From positions 26,164,001 to 26,228,000 of the forward strand of contig OX597815.1 of the NCBI GenBank assembly GCA_951406725.2: DNA of 64,000 nt, in the 5' to 3' direction. The notes beneath the pieces were generated by a model. That model was not told the origin of the DNA and ran no database searches. It saw only the letters and a list, made by a program, of their open reading frames with translations. This stretch comes from Octopus vulgaris (taxonomy: Eukaryota). The position numbers were made by a program, and so were the translations under genes. This document shows, one piece after another, positions 14,187 through 28,312 of the stretch; positions within the stretch are counted from its first letter, which is position 1, and every line of letters begins with the position of its first letter.

Positions 14187-14263
14187 CCTACCTACCTACC
14201 TACCTACTTACATACATACATATATATACATACATATACGTACATATACATATATATATTTAT

Positions 14264-14294
<31 letters not shown>

Positions 14295-14339
14295 GACATA
14301 TACATATACATATTTATACATACATGTATATATATATAT

Positions 14340-14396
<57 letters not shown>

Positions 14397-14428
14397 CATA
14401 TTTATACATACATTATATATATATATAC

Positions 14429-14481
<53 letters not shown>

Positions 14482-14500
14482 GCACACATACTCACACACA
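13500..14500. repeat. Compound (ATGT)n/(AT)n/(ATAC)n microsatellite field
   Basis: Direct reading; representative of many such fields (26.7-27.1k, 32.3k, 40.2k, 43.8k, 51.4-53.7k, 60-61.4k). Confidence 0.97.
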
Positions 14501-14865
14501 CACACGCGCTACTCATACTAACAGCAGCCAACTGCTGGAAAGTCATAAATATACAAATGATTCAATGAAGCAAAAGTGTACGTGGTTTCTGGGATAAAAA
14601 GAAATACATAAAAAGACTTATCGAACCGAATTATTCTTAACAAATTGTTAATTACTTCATATGCTTCTTTTCTATATTATAGTATCTCGTTAAATATATG
14701 CCTTTATTTTGCTTCTCACTTTCTTCTGGTTCTTTCTTTAAACTCAGCCTATTTTCCCTTACAACCATCCCACCCCCGCTCTCCCTCTCTGTCCTTCTTA
14801 TTCTTCTGTCTCTCCCTTTTCTCATTCACTCGGTCGCTCCCTTTACTTATATATTCTCTCCCCAC

Positions 14866-14900
<35 letters not shown>

Positions 14901-15180
14901 ACACAAACACCGAATCTTCTTTTTCCTCACATTCTCGCCGTTATGAAATGCAATCTACAGCTCTTTATCTGAATCAAAACTTACAACCTACAACCTACAT
15001 GTCTCACTCATAATTAAATCGTTGCCACATGCTAATTGCCTCCTTTTCCCCTTCCTCTTCCTCCTTCTTCTTCTTCCTCCTCCTTCTACCCATCTTTCTC
15101 CTCCTCCTCCGTTTTCGCCTCTTTATTGCTAAATTCACTTTCATCTCACTTTCTCTATTTTCGCTGCCATCTTCCATTTG

Positions 15181-15228
<48 letters not shown>

Positions 15229-15769
15229 ATTACCTCTTGCCTACTTTCTTTCCTTCTGCCGTGTATTTCTTTTTTATTTTATTCAATCTTTCTTTCTCTA
15301 CTGTTTTTCCTTCATTGTTTTAATTTTCTTATTTTTCACCTTCATTTTAAATCTTCAATTATTTCGTTATTTTATTTTTATTTCATTTTTTATTTTATCT
15401 ATTTTTATCTATTTTTATTTTATTTTATTTTATTTTATTTTATCAGCTCACGAGCTGTGGCCATGCTGGGGCACCGCCATTTATTTCATTTTTCACGCCA
15501 TTTTCTTCATCTACGTCTTCGACCAAACTCATCTCGCTCTTACATTTTACTCATTCTCTTTTCTTTCTGTATTTGTCTCTTATTCCTCGATAATTCTCCC
15601 CTCTCTCTCTCTCTCTCTCTCTCTTTCTTTCTTTATCACTTTTATCTCTCATCCCCCTTCTTCATCATCCTCTTTTCTCTCTCCATCGTCTCATATACTT
15701 TTCGTCTGTCTAATATCTCTCTAGAGGTCGCTTATTCTGTCCGTTTCTCCCCGCCTCCCTCTCTCTCTC

Positions 15770-15804
<35 letters not shown>

Positions 15805-16175
15805 TATCAATTTCTCGCCTCTCACACTCAGTCTCTCAGCCTCTATTTATTTACAGTAGAATCAACTACATACAGACCACTGTTCAGGTTTCCATTGATA
15901 ACAAAACAAACAAGCAAACAAAAACAGAGAAAAACCAAAACAAATAAGCTTCTCCAATAAGAGGTTTTATTGGGAGAAGGATGCAGTAAACAAGTAAACT
16001 CAGACAGACATCACACATCCACGCCCCGACTGTTTTTCACTAATTAGCACATTTAAACTATCCAGTGTTAAGCACAGATTAAAAAGCATGAAAACGGTTC
16101 GCTTGGTCGGGACAGCTCTAATTGTGGTTAATAGATAAAAGCCGTAAGAGAAAAAGTCAAAAGCAAATTGTAATG

Positions 16176-16224
<49 letters not shown>

Positions 16225-16566
16225 TAATAATAATAATGGTCGTCTGGTTCTCTAAATGGGCTGTATTTGAAAGCATTCGATTTTACAAGGTTATTTTATA
16301 TCAGTCCGCGCGCGAAATGAATCCGTAATGATTCTTTGGATATTAAGCCTCATTCAGCTTCCAGCCAACAACCACCCAGCACAGCTTTTGCTGTAAAAAG
16401 GAACGACGAACTGTGAAAATTAGTTTATCGTACGCTATTTATGATGTATTTTCCCTATTTAACATTCCCTGACAACTGCGTCTTGGAAAATTGGTGGCAG
16501 ACAGATTCTTAAAGAATTGCGCTTGTCCAATAATATAGATTCCGCATGTGTTTGTTAGTATGCGTT

Positions 16567-16606
<40 letters not shown>

Positions 16607-17505
16607 TGTGTAGGTTTGTGTAGGTGTACGTAAATGTGTTTGTCTTTGTTTTATGTGTGTGTGTGTGTGTAGTGGCGGGGGTTGTGTTAACGTCTGTGTA
16701 GAAGAGATGTATGTGAATAGTCGACAAGGGGGAGAGATAGCTTGATTTACGAAAACTGCACAATAAATCGACACACAAATACGTTCAAATACACACACGA
16801 TAAACACAGACAGTGGTATGATCACACCTACATAAACACCTACACACACACGCACACATATAGACAAAGGTACACACACACATATGTGGGTGTACGTGTG
16901 TGTGTACCCGTGCATATGTGTATGTGTGTGTGCGTGTGTGTGTGTGCGTGTGTGTGTGTGCATGGTTTTATGTCTGATAGCACTATTATATTCAATGCAC
17001 ACTTCCAAGAGACTATGTGGAGTCCGGTATACTCAAATGGATATACTGAAATGCATTAACTATATAATTAAATCTATAACATAACGTTACGCTGGTATCC
17101 ATGGCTATATAGTTAAGAAGTTCCTTTCGCGAACATTTAGTTCTGTGTTTGATCCCATTGCACGGCGCCTTGGACAAGCTGCTTCTACCTCGGCTCAATA
17201 AAAGTTATGTGTGTGAAATTAAGTGGACAGAAACTCTGCGCAGACCTCTTGATTCCATGTACGTGCGCGTATGCCTTATTCTACACGTTTCAGTCATTGG
17301 ACTGCAATCGTGATATAATTTATATTTAAATCATCTTAACCGTTTACATTATAGCTAATTGCTAATCATATTCTGTGGTTTTCTCCCCTCTCATAAACAT
17401 GGACGACTTTCCGTGTTTATATTAGGCTTTCTTAGACATTAGATGAGCAGCCAATCACATGGTGGTTAAGTAACTGCGAAATTGTCTGAAATTCTTGTGA
17501 TATGA

Positions 17506-17568
<63 letters not shown>

Positions 17569-17619
17569 TGTGTCTGTGTGTGTCTGTGTGCGTGCGTGCG
17601 TGTGTGTGTGTGTGCGCGC

Positions 17620-17664
<45 letters not shown>

Positions 17665-18616
17665 CGTGTGTGTGTATGTGTGTGTGTGTGTGTAATACTG
17701 ATGAATGTTGCGATGGAACATTTGTAAGTGCTTTTTCCTTGTTTTGGTTTTTTTTTCTCTTTTGAAAATTTTATTTCAGTTTGTTCAGAGCCCATTTCAA
17801 GAAGGAATAGTTGCACCATAGCTCACCTCCCGTGACATACGTAAAAGTGCTTTCGTGTGTGTATGTCTAGTATTTATTTTATCGGACACTTGAGTCAAAC
17901 CACTAAGCTATGAGGATTGTGAACAAACCAAGACTGGTTGTCAAGCGGTGAGTGTGGAGACAAATAACAACACAAAGAAATACAAAGAAACACACGCGCG
18001 CGCGTATGCTTTCCAGTATTTCGTTCGGTCATAGTTACTTCCCTTCATATCCGCTTGGTCGTCTTTGCTTTTTCCTTCAGTCGAGATAGCTTTAAAAATA
18101 TACCGATGTAGCCATCCCAATTGACATCTCTCCTTCCCGAGAGTCTGATTCAATTGAAATTATCTATGTTTTGATAGTACAAGCTTATTTTTGACTTGAA
18201 AGCACTCTAGCGACGAAGATACGAAAATGCTGGGTGCAGCTAGTTCTACGAGACCTCGTTGGTTTGCTTACTTTTGTCAAGATTTTGTCTGCTTCTTCGT
18301 TGCGGTTGCATTCAAAGAAGTTTCAATCCAACGTCGCATTTTTCTCTCCAGAAGTGGCGATGCATCATCCGTCCTACAGGAAACGTTTATTTTAAAGATA
18401 TCTGATTGAATATCTACGTTCAGCCGATACAACCTTTAGCGGACGAAACAAAAATATAAATAAAACAAAGCGAAAACAGTATATCTCTTGATTACTGAGA
18501 TTTGAAATGTCAGAGCTTTACTATAATATATTTTGAAAGCTTCGAATACAGTGCTCCAAATTCTTTTACTTGTTTCAATGACTGAAACCAGCGAAAGAAT
18601 AAAAGAAACCAATAAA

Positions 18617-19050
18617 GGTATCGTAGCCTAGTGGTTAGGGTGTTGCACTCACGATCGCGAGACCCTGGCTTCGATTCCTAAATCGGATGGTGCATTGTGT
18701 TCTTGAGCAAAATACTTCGTCTCACTTTGCTCTACGATCACTTCAACCCCTTACTCGTAAGGGGTTGAAGTGATCCTAGAGCAAAGTGTTAGACTTGGAG
18801 GTGAGAAAGAAATCAAGGGTGTTTAGAATGTTTGTGTGTCAATCAGGTATGACGTATGCGAGGGATAAAGCTATTTAAACTCTGTAGAGAGTTTAAAATA
18901 GCGAGCAATTCATTTTCCACACTGTCGACGTCAACGTAAGATGAGTTGTCGAGTACCTGTTCAGGTAAAGTTGTGCAGGTCGTTCGGCAAACGCTGAACA
19001 CTCATTTGTCGTATTCGACGGGAGAGTGCATCATATACATATACATCTTT
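18617..19050 (+). mobile_element. SINE family D split by a templated inverted insertion
   Basis: Head 18617-18750 and tail 18956-19050 match the reverse complement of 41062-41368. Confidence 0.75.
18723..18788. repeat. 66-bp near-perfect palindrome
   Basis: CACTTTGCTCTACGATCACTTCAACCCCTTAC-TC-GTAAGGGGTTGAAGTGATCCTAGAGCAAAGTG, one mismatch. Confidence 0.95.
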
Positions 19051-19351
19051 CCTTTCGGCTTAGTCCTCAAAATACATTGCTTTTTCCACCGCTCTCTTAA
19101 CGTTTCCTACCACCAGCAATTTTACATGTCTACATCATAGACATCTATCTCACTTAACCATTCTTTGACCACAGTAACATCAATACTCGACAACTCATCT
19201 CACGTTGACGTCGACAGTGGGGAAAATGAATTGCTCGCTATTTTAAACTCTCTACAGAGTTTAAATAGCTTTATCTCTCACATACGTCATGCCTGATTGA
19301 CACACGAACATTCTAAACACCCTTGATTTCTTTCTCACCTCCAAATCTAAC
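18788..19351. repeat. 168-bp inverted repeat pair (18788-18955 / 19184-19351)
   Basis: Arms align as reverse complements with about 7 mismatches. Confidence 0.95.
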
Positions 19352-20842
19352 AACTGCCGTATTTTTACTGTCTTGGCAGCTCATCAGATTACTGTTACAT
19401 CGCGCCTATCATCCACACATCCACCTATCCGCATACTAAGCAACGCCTCTTACTTCACTCAAAACCTGTTCGACATTTGGTGGAGGTCTCTGGTCTGCTA
19501 TTCAGATAGACTGTGAGTTCATTAAAATTATTGAGTAGGTGGCTTTATTTAATTATTTACTTATTTATTTTGAGCAACCTTTTCTGCATAGTCTGCATCT
19601 CTCGAGGATCTTCCACGAATGTAATAGCATGCTCTAACTCAGTGATTCCTAATGTGAAGCAAGCATTCCCACTGGTGGGGTCTGAGAAAACTGTGGTGGG
19701 CATGGGATCCAAATTGCTTTCTTTTCTTTTTAGTGGGACATGGAAATTGTGAAAATCTTCTCTTTTTTTCCGAGTCAATAGTGAACATTTATTTTTGTAC
19801 TCAGTACTTGATAAAAGAGTTAATGGTAGATTGATTTGCATTAAATATTTAAATATTTAAAATAAAGTTGTTGTTTTTTTCTCCAACCACCAGTTATCGC
19901 GGGACCTGGAGGAATATAGATTGGAAAACACTGCTTTAATACAAGGCGAATTTCTGTTTTCTATAGTTCAAAAGAAAGACGAATAGATGGCGTATCGTTG
20001 TGTGAATTTAACTTTAACTGTATCTACATAGTGTTTACACATGATATTTAAATTTAGTTCGTTTACATGTAGTTTGGCGATGGTAAATTTTACATCACAG
20101 ATAATTGCCTATACCTTACATGTTTAAATAAGGGAACATGCACTTATATCTCTGCATGCCATTATCCTCGGTTAATTTACTTAATCTGTATCTTATCAAG
20201 CTTTTCATACTGGTTGTACAATTAAAACTCTGTTGGCTTGTTAAATATTTTCGTAATGTTGTAATAAGCATTTAATAAATAAGAGAGGTGCGAACCAGAT
20301 AATGTTACGGCATCCCTTCTTGCTAGCGGATGGCAAGGAAATATATTTGACAATATCTTGAATTCGTTAGCTTTTGTGCATTGTCGAGCATTTAATCATT
20401 TGAAACAAGCTAATCATGTTTTTGGAAATATGGACGGATGACAGGAATCTATGTAAAATATGTAATTTTTTATTAGGTTTTCTCTGTGGTTTACGTTTGT
20501 CTGTGCTTAGTTCGAGGGTAACAACTAAGAAATTTACAATATTTAGATTTGTGGTGATAGATATTTAGTGGCGGTAACTTCTACAGTTATTATGCAAATA
20601 CTATGTCTATTAGCGTCTCTGTATATATACCTATTGTGGATGTACTAGTGTAAACAAGGAAGAGGTAAGTCTCTGCGCTGTCCAACAATCTCATCCATAG
20701 TGACGTCAAATGGACCCATGGGATCTGATTTTTTAAATCTAGACAGAAGCTTTGTAGCCAAGCATAATGATATCTATATCATTATTATCTATATACTTTT
20801 TATATTTTAGTTAAATTCTCGGTTATTTATTGATGAGGGTAC
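19184..20842 (-). mobile_element. Decayed Penelope-like retroelement (RT, linker, GIY-YIG, 3' UTR/pLTR)
   Basis: In order on minus: YPSI, DIDIIM, FDVTM, IG.YRD, NLNIVNFLVVTLELST..KP.RKPN, RNIIWFAP, YVDTVKVKFTQRYAI, KCSL. Many stops and frameshifts. Confidence 0.8.
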
Positions 20843-21468
20843 TAGGACAAAATACCTCCGAAGATAAAATCCTCCTCAACCCCTGACAAAATCCTCCGGC
20901 AGTCAATATCTCCCGGGATGTTGTTCTTTTTTTACAATATAAATATTTTAGGAAAGTAAAATTTCATTAAAATTTTTTTTATATTTCTTAGTTGATATTT
21001 TTGTGTATTGCTAGATAATATAAGTAACATACAACTAGGTCCGAAGTAATTGGCCAAATCCAGTGAAAATGTTACCCATCCCAGCAGGTCCACGTTCCTT
21101 AAATCTATAAATTCCGACAGTCATGGATTGGAATGTTACTTTGGTGTTAGGGTAAGCACATCTCTACAGAAGACATGGCATTGCAAGCACTCAAACGACG
21201 TTGCAACATTTTCCCCGACTTTTTCTGTAACCGACATATATAAAACTATTCCGATGCTGTGTGAAGCGAGATCCCTATTGACAAGTCACGGCAGTGCTAC
21301 TGTAGTGACTTAATTTAAGCTTCCTAATTCCGACAGTAATGGCGTAAGATGTTTCTTTGGCAGAGTGGTTAGCACAGTTATACGGCTCACATTTGAAGCA
21401 GCGTTCGAACCCTACAGGTGATGTTTCAGTCTATAAAATTTTTCACATTAAGTACATATGCTTATGCT

Positions 21469-21511
<43 letters not shown>

Positions 21512-22072
21512 GTGTGCGTGTAATTTTCCACACCTTTCTTCTCTTATTTAAAATGATATCCAATTTTTTAAACTTACAGAAATCTTAGTTCCAAATGTGG
21601 CTCATGTACTCTTTATAGACTTTATTTTATAAAATAAAACAAATTTACAAAGAGAGTGGTCCCCGTATTATTCCCCACTTTTTAATTCTACACGTACACA
21701 AATTCTTTTTGAAGTTATAAAATCCGGAGATGATTAAATTATCAATTTCAAATAAGCTATTCTTCAGTATACGAGATTCTGAATCTCATACTTCTTCCAT
21801 ATATGGTTATCTATAGGATTAAAAGAAAGGTTGCATTTCAAAGAAAAATCATGTGTAAGATTACACATAGCAAATATAAGAAGGAATTAAATTACATGAA
21901 CAGTTTAAAGTGGATGAAATTGCTAGAATTACCTATTCTTTCGTCATCATTGCAAAAGGTTCTAAAGCTCTTTTCCCTCATCTTTCTTTCCTTGGTGTTT
22001 TCTTCAAGATTAAATCCATTTTCTGACTGCTTCATAGGAAAAGATACAGTATGTGAGAAATTCTTTTATCTA

Positions 22073-22410
22073 TCTTATTTCGTTATTGCCCACAAGGGTC
22101 TAAACACAGAGAGAACAAACAAGGACAGACAAAGGGATTAAGTCGATTACATCGATCCCAGTGCGTAACTGGTATTTAATTTATCAACACCGAAAACCTG
22201 AAAGGCAAAGTCGACCTCAGCGGAATTTGAACTCAGAACGTAACAGCAGACGAAATACCGCTAAGCATTTCTCCCGGCGTGCTAACGTTTCTGCCAGCTC
22301 ACCGCCGGCCATAGTAGAAGACATTTGCCCAAGGTGCCACACAGTGGGACTGAACCCGGAACCATGTGGTTCCTAAGCAAGCTACTTACCATACTGTCAC
22401 TCCTACGCCT
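22073..22410 (-). mobile_element. SINE B (22073-22307) abutting a SINE A head (22308-22410)
   Basis: Both segments match their family consensus within the window. Confidence 0.85.
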
Positions 22411-23077
22411 CTGCCTCCGCTGACAAGAGAACGGCTGCTGTGCTTTACACCCGTAGAAATATTACTTCATCACGGTCTTCATACCCTACTTATATTGAAC
22501 AGAGTATGTTTTAAACAATTGCCGCAAAAGAGTAAAGTAGAATAAGAGAGAGAAAAAGAGAGAGAGAGGGTGGAGAAAGAAAGAGGGGTAACAGATTGTT
22601 CTCTGCTTATTAATTGTATAATTTCACACATTTTTTTTCTTAATATTATAAAACCAAAGAAAGATTAAATGCTCAATTCCAACAATTTAGAAAGACTAAG
22701 TGTTCAGTACCAATAACTGTTGAAATATCACGTTATCACACACTACATTCATTAAAAAGGAGAAGAATGTACGAGAAAACATTAGTTCTAAATACATTTC
22801 AAAAGGTGAGGTGGGAACAGCTGACATGCTTTTGAGCACGCAAGGTTTGGTCTAGGTCTGCTCTACCAGCATAATCTGGGTTTAATACAAAACAACTAAA
22901 ACTTATTCTTATGTTTGAGTGATTTTCCTGTCCGAAATAGAAAGAGAAAAAGAAAGAGAGAAGAAGAGAGTTAAAGAAAATGAAAGAAAAATAATAATAA
23001 TTAAATAGAAAAATAATTGTGGCCGGCATTTTTTAGGAGCAGGGGCGGTTAATCGATTACATGGGCTCCATTAACTG

Positions 23078-23461
23078 ACTCTTTTACTTGTTTCAGTCAT
23101 TTGACTGCGGCCATGCTGGAGCACCGCCTTTAATCGAGCAACTCGACCCCGGGACTTATTCTTTTGTAAGCCCAGTACTTATTCTATCTGTCTCTTTTGC
23201 CGAACCGCTAAGTAACGGGGACATAAACACACCAGCATCGGTTGTCAAGCAATGCTAGGGGACAAACACACACACGCATATATATATATACATATATACG
23301 ACGGGCTTCTTTCAGTTTCCGTCTACCAAATCCACTCACAAGGCTTTGGTCGGCCCGAGGCTATAGTAGAAGACGCTTGCCCAAGGTGCCACGCAGTGGG
23401 ACTGAACCCGGAACGATGTGGTTGGTAGACAAGCTACTTACCACACAGCCACTCCTGCGCC
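23078..23461 (-). mobile_element. Full-length SINE A nested in an older SINE B (23020-23600)
   Basis: SINE B sequence resumes at 23462 (TACTTTATTCTATTGACTCCGCAAGGATGAAA). Confidence 0.88.
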
Positions 23462-23619
23462 AAATACTTTATTCTATTGACTCCGCAAGGATGAAATGTA
23501 AAGTTGACCTCGGAAGTATTTGAACTCAACAAAAAGAGCCGGAAGAAACACCGTAAAGTATTTTGTCTTGTGCGCTAACGATTCTGCTAGCTTGCGGCCT
23601 TATGAGCAAACCAATAATC

Positions 23620-23798
23620 ATTTGTGGGAGGTGACAAGTCGATTACATTGATCCCATTATTCAACTGGTACTTAACGACCCCGAAAGGATGAAAGGCAAA
23701 GTTGACCTCGGCGGGATTTGAACTCAGAACATAAAGAAGGACGAAATGCTGTTAAGCATTTTGCCCGGCGTGCTAACGATTCAGCCATCTCGCTGCCG
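23620..23798 (-). mobile_element. SINE B
   Basis: Matches family B. Confidence 0.85.
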
Positions 23799-25600
23799 TT
23801 AAGCGTTAAGCAATAGAAATAGAAAGGAGAGAAATAGTTTATGACGGAAATAAGATGAGTGAGACCAAAAACGCTTCTCTTACCGTTTTACCATTTTCTA
23901 AATAGCTTGGCTGTCAATATCAAACTGGTGGTAAATATGTCAGTCAATCGAATGCCTTCGTAATTCATCCATTTCCCATTTGGAGTTGGGCTGGAGTTGG
24001 GCTGAACGATTGAAAGTAAGAATTATGTTGTACGAATTATCACCTAATTATGATAATTAATTGACACTGGTTTTAAATCAACTACAGCGGCAAAACTAAA
24101 AAAAAAAAAAAAAAAAATTATAAATTTGCAGAAATAAAGGTAATTAAGTGCTCCGCTGAATATACCATCACTTAGCGCACAAACATCACAATAACAACAA
24201 CAGCTATAGCAAAAAAACAACTACGCAGTAGTTAAAAGTTTAAAAAATAAATTCTATGCAACAATAGCGTTAAGAGAAAGAAACAACACCAACATCATAC
24301 GCATAACGAAAAAACGACAAACAGCGATAAAAATTATCGCCGAAATCAACTGAAAGAATGTGCTCAGCAATTTTTCCTTTCATGTAAATGAAATAACTAA
24401 ATAATTAAGACAATAGAGAAAACAGTATTAAACGTTAAAAATAAGAATATAAAAAAAATTAACGCCAAAAAAAATTCCTTCTTTGCATATTCTTCAGTTT
24501 TCTTTTCTTTTTTTTTTTTTTTTTTTTTTTGCTTTTGTTAAATCATCAGCACAGCTGATTAGAATGATCGTTTAAACATAGAGCAGAGCAAGAAGCGTCC
24601 TCAAAGAAGCGACCGGTGTTTTATGAAGACATGCAACGGACTTAATTTCACATTAGATTCTTTCCTGTAATAAAATCATTAGAGCAATAAATTGGTCGGT
24701 GTGTTGTTCTTTGTTCTTATTTTCTTTTCTTTTGAAGCCTGTGATGCTTCAAGAACTGGTTTTGTCTTGGTGTTCCTGGTTCTGTTGCCGGAGATGTTGT
24801 AGTTGTTGTTGGTGGTGATGGCGTGGTTGAGGGTGTCGGTTGTGGTGGCGGTAAACGTGATAGAAATGGCGATGTCGTTAACGGTGGTGTCGACATCGCT
24901 TTTGGTCGCGATAACGGTCGAGATAACGGTTGTATCTTTTGAGAAATGCAGCGAATAATAGCAAGTGATTGATAATAAACGATTAAGAGCAGACGATTAA
25001 TCTAGTTAATTAAAGGGTACAACGAAACACATTCCGCATGGTAGGTGAATCCGACAGAGAAAGAAATGACAAAGGGAGAAAAAAAAAGAGAAAAAGGAAA
25101 AAGGGAAAGGAAGAGAGCGTCAGAGACAGACAGAAATAGTCAGGGAGAGAGAGAAGCAGAGAAATACGTAGAGTCGAAAATTAAAAATAAAATAGAATCA
25201 TATTTACAATGCGAAAATAAAGATTGCAATAAACATACAATGTTTCGTCCATCATTCATTACCTCAGTAAAGACTTCAGGACAAAATTATTCGTAAAGTA
25301 AGAAATATCTCTAGCTAACAGGGTTGTACTGTAAAATCGAGTCAGTATTAGATCTAAGCTTAGTAATGATATAGATATAATCATTCATGATTCTCTACTG
25401 AAAAATATAAAAAGTATCGAAACGTCTGCAGACGATGGCGGGAAACCTTCAAATTGTTTTATTCCCGGGCAACACCGGGTATCCTTATACACGCGCGCGC
25501 ACACACTAACGCATACATACACACACATACACACACAGACGCACACACACATATATATACATATATGCACACATATAGGTGCATATATATACGCATATAG

Positions 25601-25646
<46 letters not shown>

Positions 25647-25702
25647 CACGCACGCACATATATATATTTGTGTGTATATGTATATATGTATATATATCTG
25701 TA

Positions 25703-25733
<31 letters not shown>

Positions 25734-25734
<1 letters not shown>

Positions 25735-26108
25735 CTCTCTTACTCTTTTACTTGTTTCATTTGACTCTGGCCATGCTGGAGTACCGCCTTTAGTCGAGCA
25801 ATTCGTAAGCCTAGTACTTATTCTGTCGGTCTCTTTTGCCGAACCGCTAAGTTACGGGGACGTAAACACACCAGCATCTGTTATCAAACGATGTTGTTGT
25901 TGTTGGGGGGGGTACAGACACACACACATATATATACATATATACGACGGCCTTCTTTCAGTTTTGGTCTACAAAATGCACTCACAAGGCTTTGGTCGGC
26001 CTGAGGCTATAGTAGAAAACACTTGCCCAAGGTGCCACGCAGTGGGACTGAACCCAGAACAATGTGGTTGGTAAGCAAGCTACTTACCACACAGCCACTC
26101 ATGCGCCT
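25734..26108 (-). mobile_element. SINE A
   Basis: Matches family A. Confidence 0.88.
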
Positions 26109-26159
26109 ATATATATTTATATTATTTTTCAGAATGATATAAAAAAAACAACAAGGTAA

Positions 26160-26530
26160 GTGGTTTGTTGGTAACCATCGTCCCTAGTACTTGGCTGGTA
26201 CTTCATTTTTGAAATCCCGAATGGATGAAATGTTGAGTTAACCTCAGCGGTATTTGAACTCGAAATGCAAAGAACCGGGACAAATGCCACGAAGCATTTT
26301 TTTCCGACACTCTAACAATTCTGCTAGCTTTAATAATGGTTTCTAGTTTAAGCACAAGACCAACAATTTTGAGAAGAAAAGTCATTCATCATCATTGACT
26401 CCAGTATTTTACTGGTACTTTCTTTTATCAACTCGAAATGATGAAAGGAAAATTGACCTCAACAGTATTTGTACTTAGGATGTAAAATGGTGGGACAAAT
26501 ACTGCAAGGCGTTTTCCCGGGGTTGTGATG
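26160..26530 (-). mobile_element. Two decayed tandem SINE B copies
   Basis: Two CTGGTACTT...GATGAAA...GACCTC...TTTG cores. Confidence 0.7.
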
Positions 26531-26596
26531 TCTCTGTCTGGTTGCTACCGCCACACCGCATACGTAATAATACTTGTAAATCACAGAAAAACAACA

Positions 26597-26647
<51 letters not shown>

Positions 26648-26648
26648 G

Positions 26649-26687
<39 letters not shown>

Positions 26688-26783
26688 ATCCTTCTACTAC
26701 TACTACTACACATACACACATATGTATAAGTAGATATATATAGAGAGAGTTTCAGATATTAGTAAGTACATATAATATATATA

Positions 26784-26819
<36 letters not shown>

Positions 26820-26821
26820 TG

Positions 26822-26882
<61 letters not shown>

Positions 26883-27270
26883 GTATATATGTATGTATAT
26901 ATGTATGTATATAATATATATTATGTATATGTATGTATATGTATGTATATATATATATATACATACATACATATATATGTATATAAATACAGAGATACAT
27001 ACATGTATACATACGCACGTACATACATTACATTACATACATACATACAAACATACATACACACACGCACGCACACACACATACATACATACGTACATAC
27101 ATACATACATACATACATACATACATACATACATACATACATAAGAGACGGTTCGTTCGCCAGACGACATAAAACTTTACTTTTTCAAGTGCAAATTTGC
27201 ACTTGAAATATAAAATACAAACCATCATCAACAGAAAACATTGCAACAACGACAATAGTGACATCAACAA

Positions 27271-27301
<31 letters not shown>

Positions 27302-27845
27302 TCCGTGTCTAAAACTTTCCCATAGTCTGCTTAATAACGAATATAAATACACTGTTTATCTCCGAGCTCATTTCTCGTTCGAACAATGGTAACAAATTGG
27401 AGACTTGAGGAAACGTTTCGATGTCTCTCGACAGAGACAAGCTGAAAACAATATTCAGCTTAGTGATTGAAGACAATTCTGGTTTTGGCTTCGAAAGCCT
27501 CGATTTGATATAGCTCACAATTCACAATGGTGCCAGACAAGAACTTTCGTTGAAATGCGTCGACCCTTAAAGAAATCGAGGAAAGGAACTGTCCCAAGAT
27601 TGTTAGAATTTTGTTCAACAACTTTAGAATGACACTTTCATTTCCTACTGATTCCCTCCGTTGCATTTCGCTTTGTTTCTTTCTTACTTTCTTTTTTTAT
27701 TTATTATATATTTAAACAAAAAATTCTATTCAAGATCAGCTATATTTCTATATATTTATGTGTAAATGTGTTTTTTTTGTACTTATGTTATTCATCATAC
27801 TGTTTCTTATTCGATTCGAATAAGTTGTGATTGCTATTATTATTA

Positions 27846-27876
<31 letters not shown>

Positions 27877-27881
27877 AATTA

Positions 27882-27939
<58 letters not shown>

Positions 27940-28312
27940 CATTATTATTATTATTATTATTAAGGCGGGTGAGCTGGCAGAAACGTTAGCGCGCCCTCGT
28001 GGCAAAAATTTGAAATAATAATTATTATCACCACCATCATCATCATAATTGTTATTATAACGAAAGACACCTCTACGGTCAAAGTTTAAATCATTCATAA
28101 GTTTTCCTCGACTTTCATCCTTTATTTATTATAATGACATGCGATGTGGAATCGTGCTTAAGCTATAAATCATTTTTTTGCCTCGTCTTAAGGTCATCGC
28201 TACAGATTTTTCTATAGAAATTATAGCCAGCTGGATATAATTTTGCAAGAAATCTGTGCGGGTAACCTTAACACGTGGTTTAAGTGCACTGCTAACACAG
28301 AAGTACACGTTA

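Noticed and set aside
17694-17735. CTGATGA followed by a hairpin
   Set aside because: No GAAA, no stem III or stem I.
21355-21420. tRNA-like A/B boxes
   Set aside because: No cloverleaf pairing; probably a decayed SINE head.
21735-21772. CTGAAGA..GAAA..TA on minus
   Set aside because: No G-C closed stem II and no stem I pairing.
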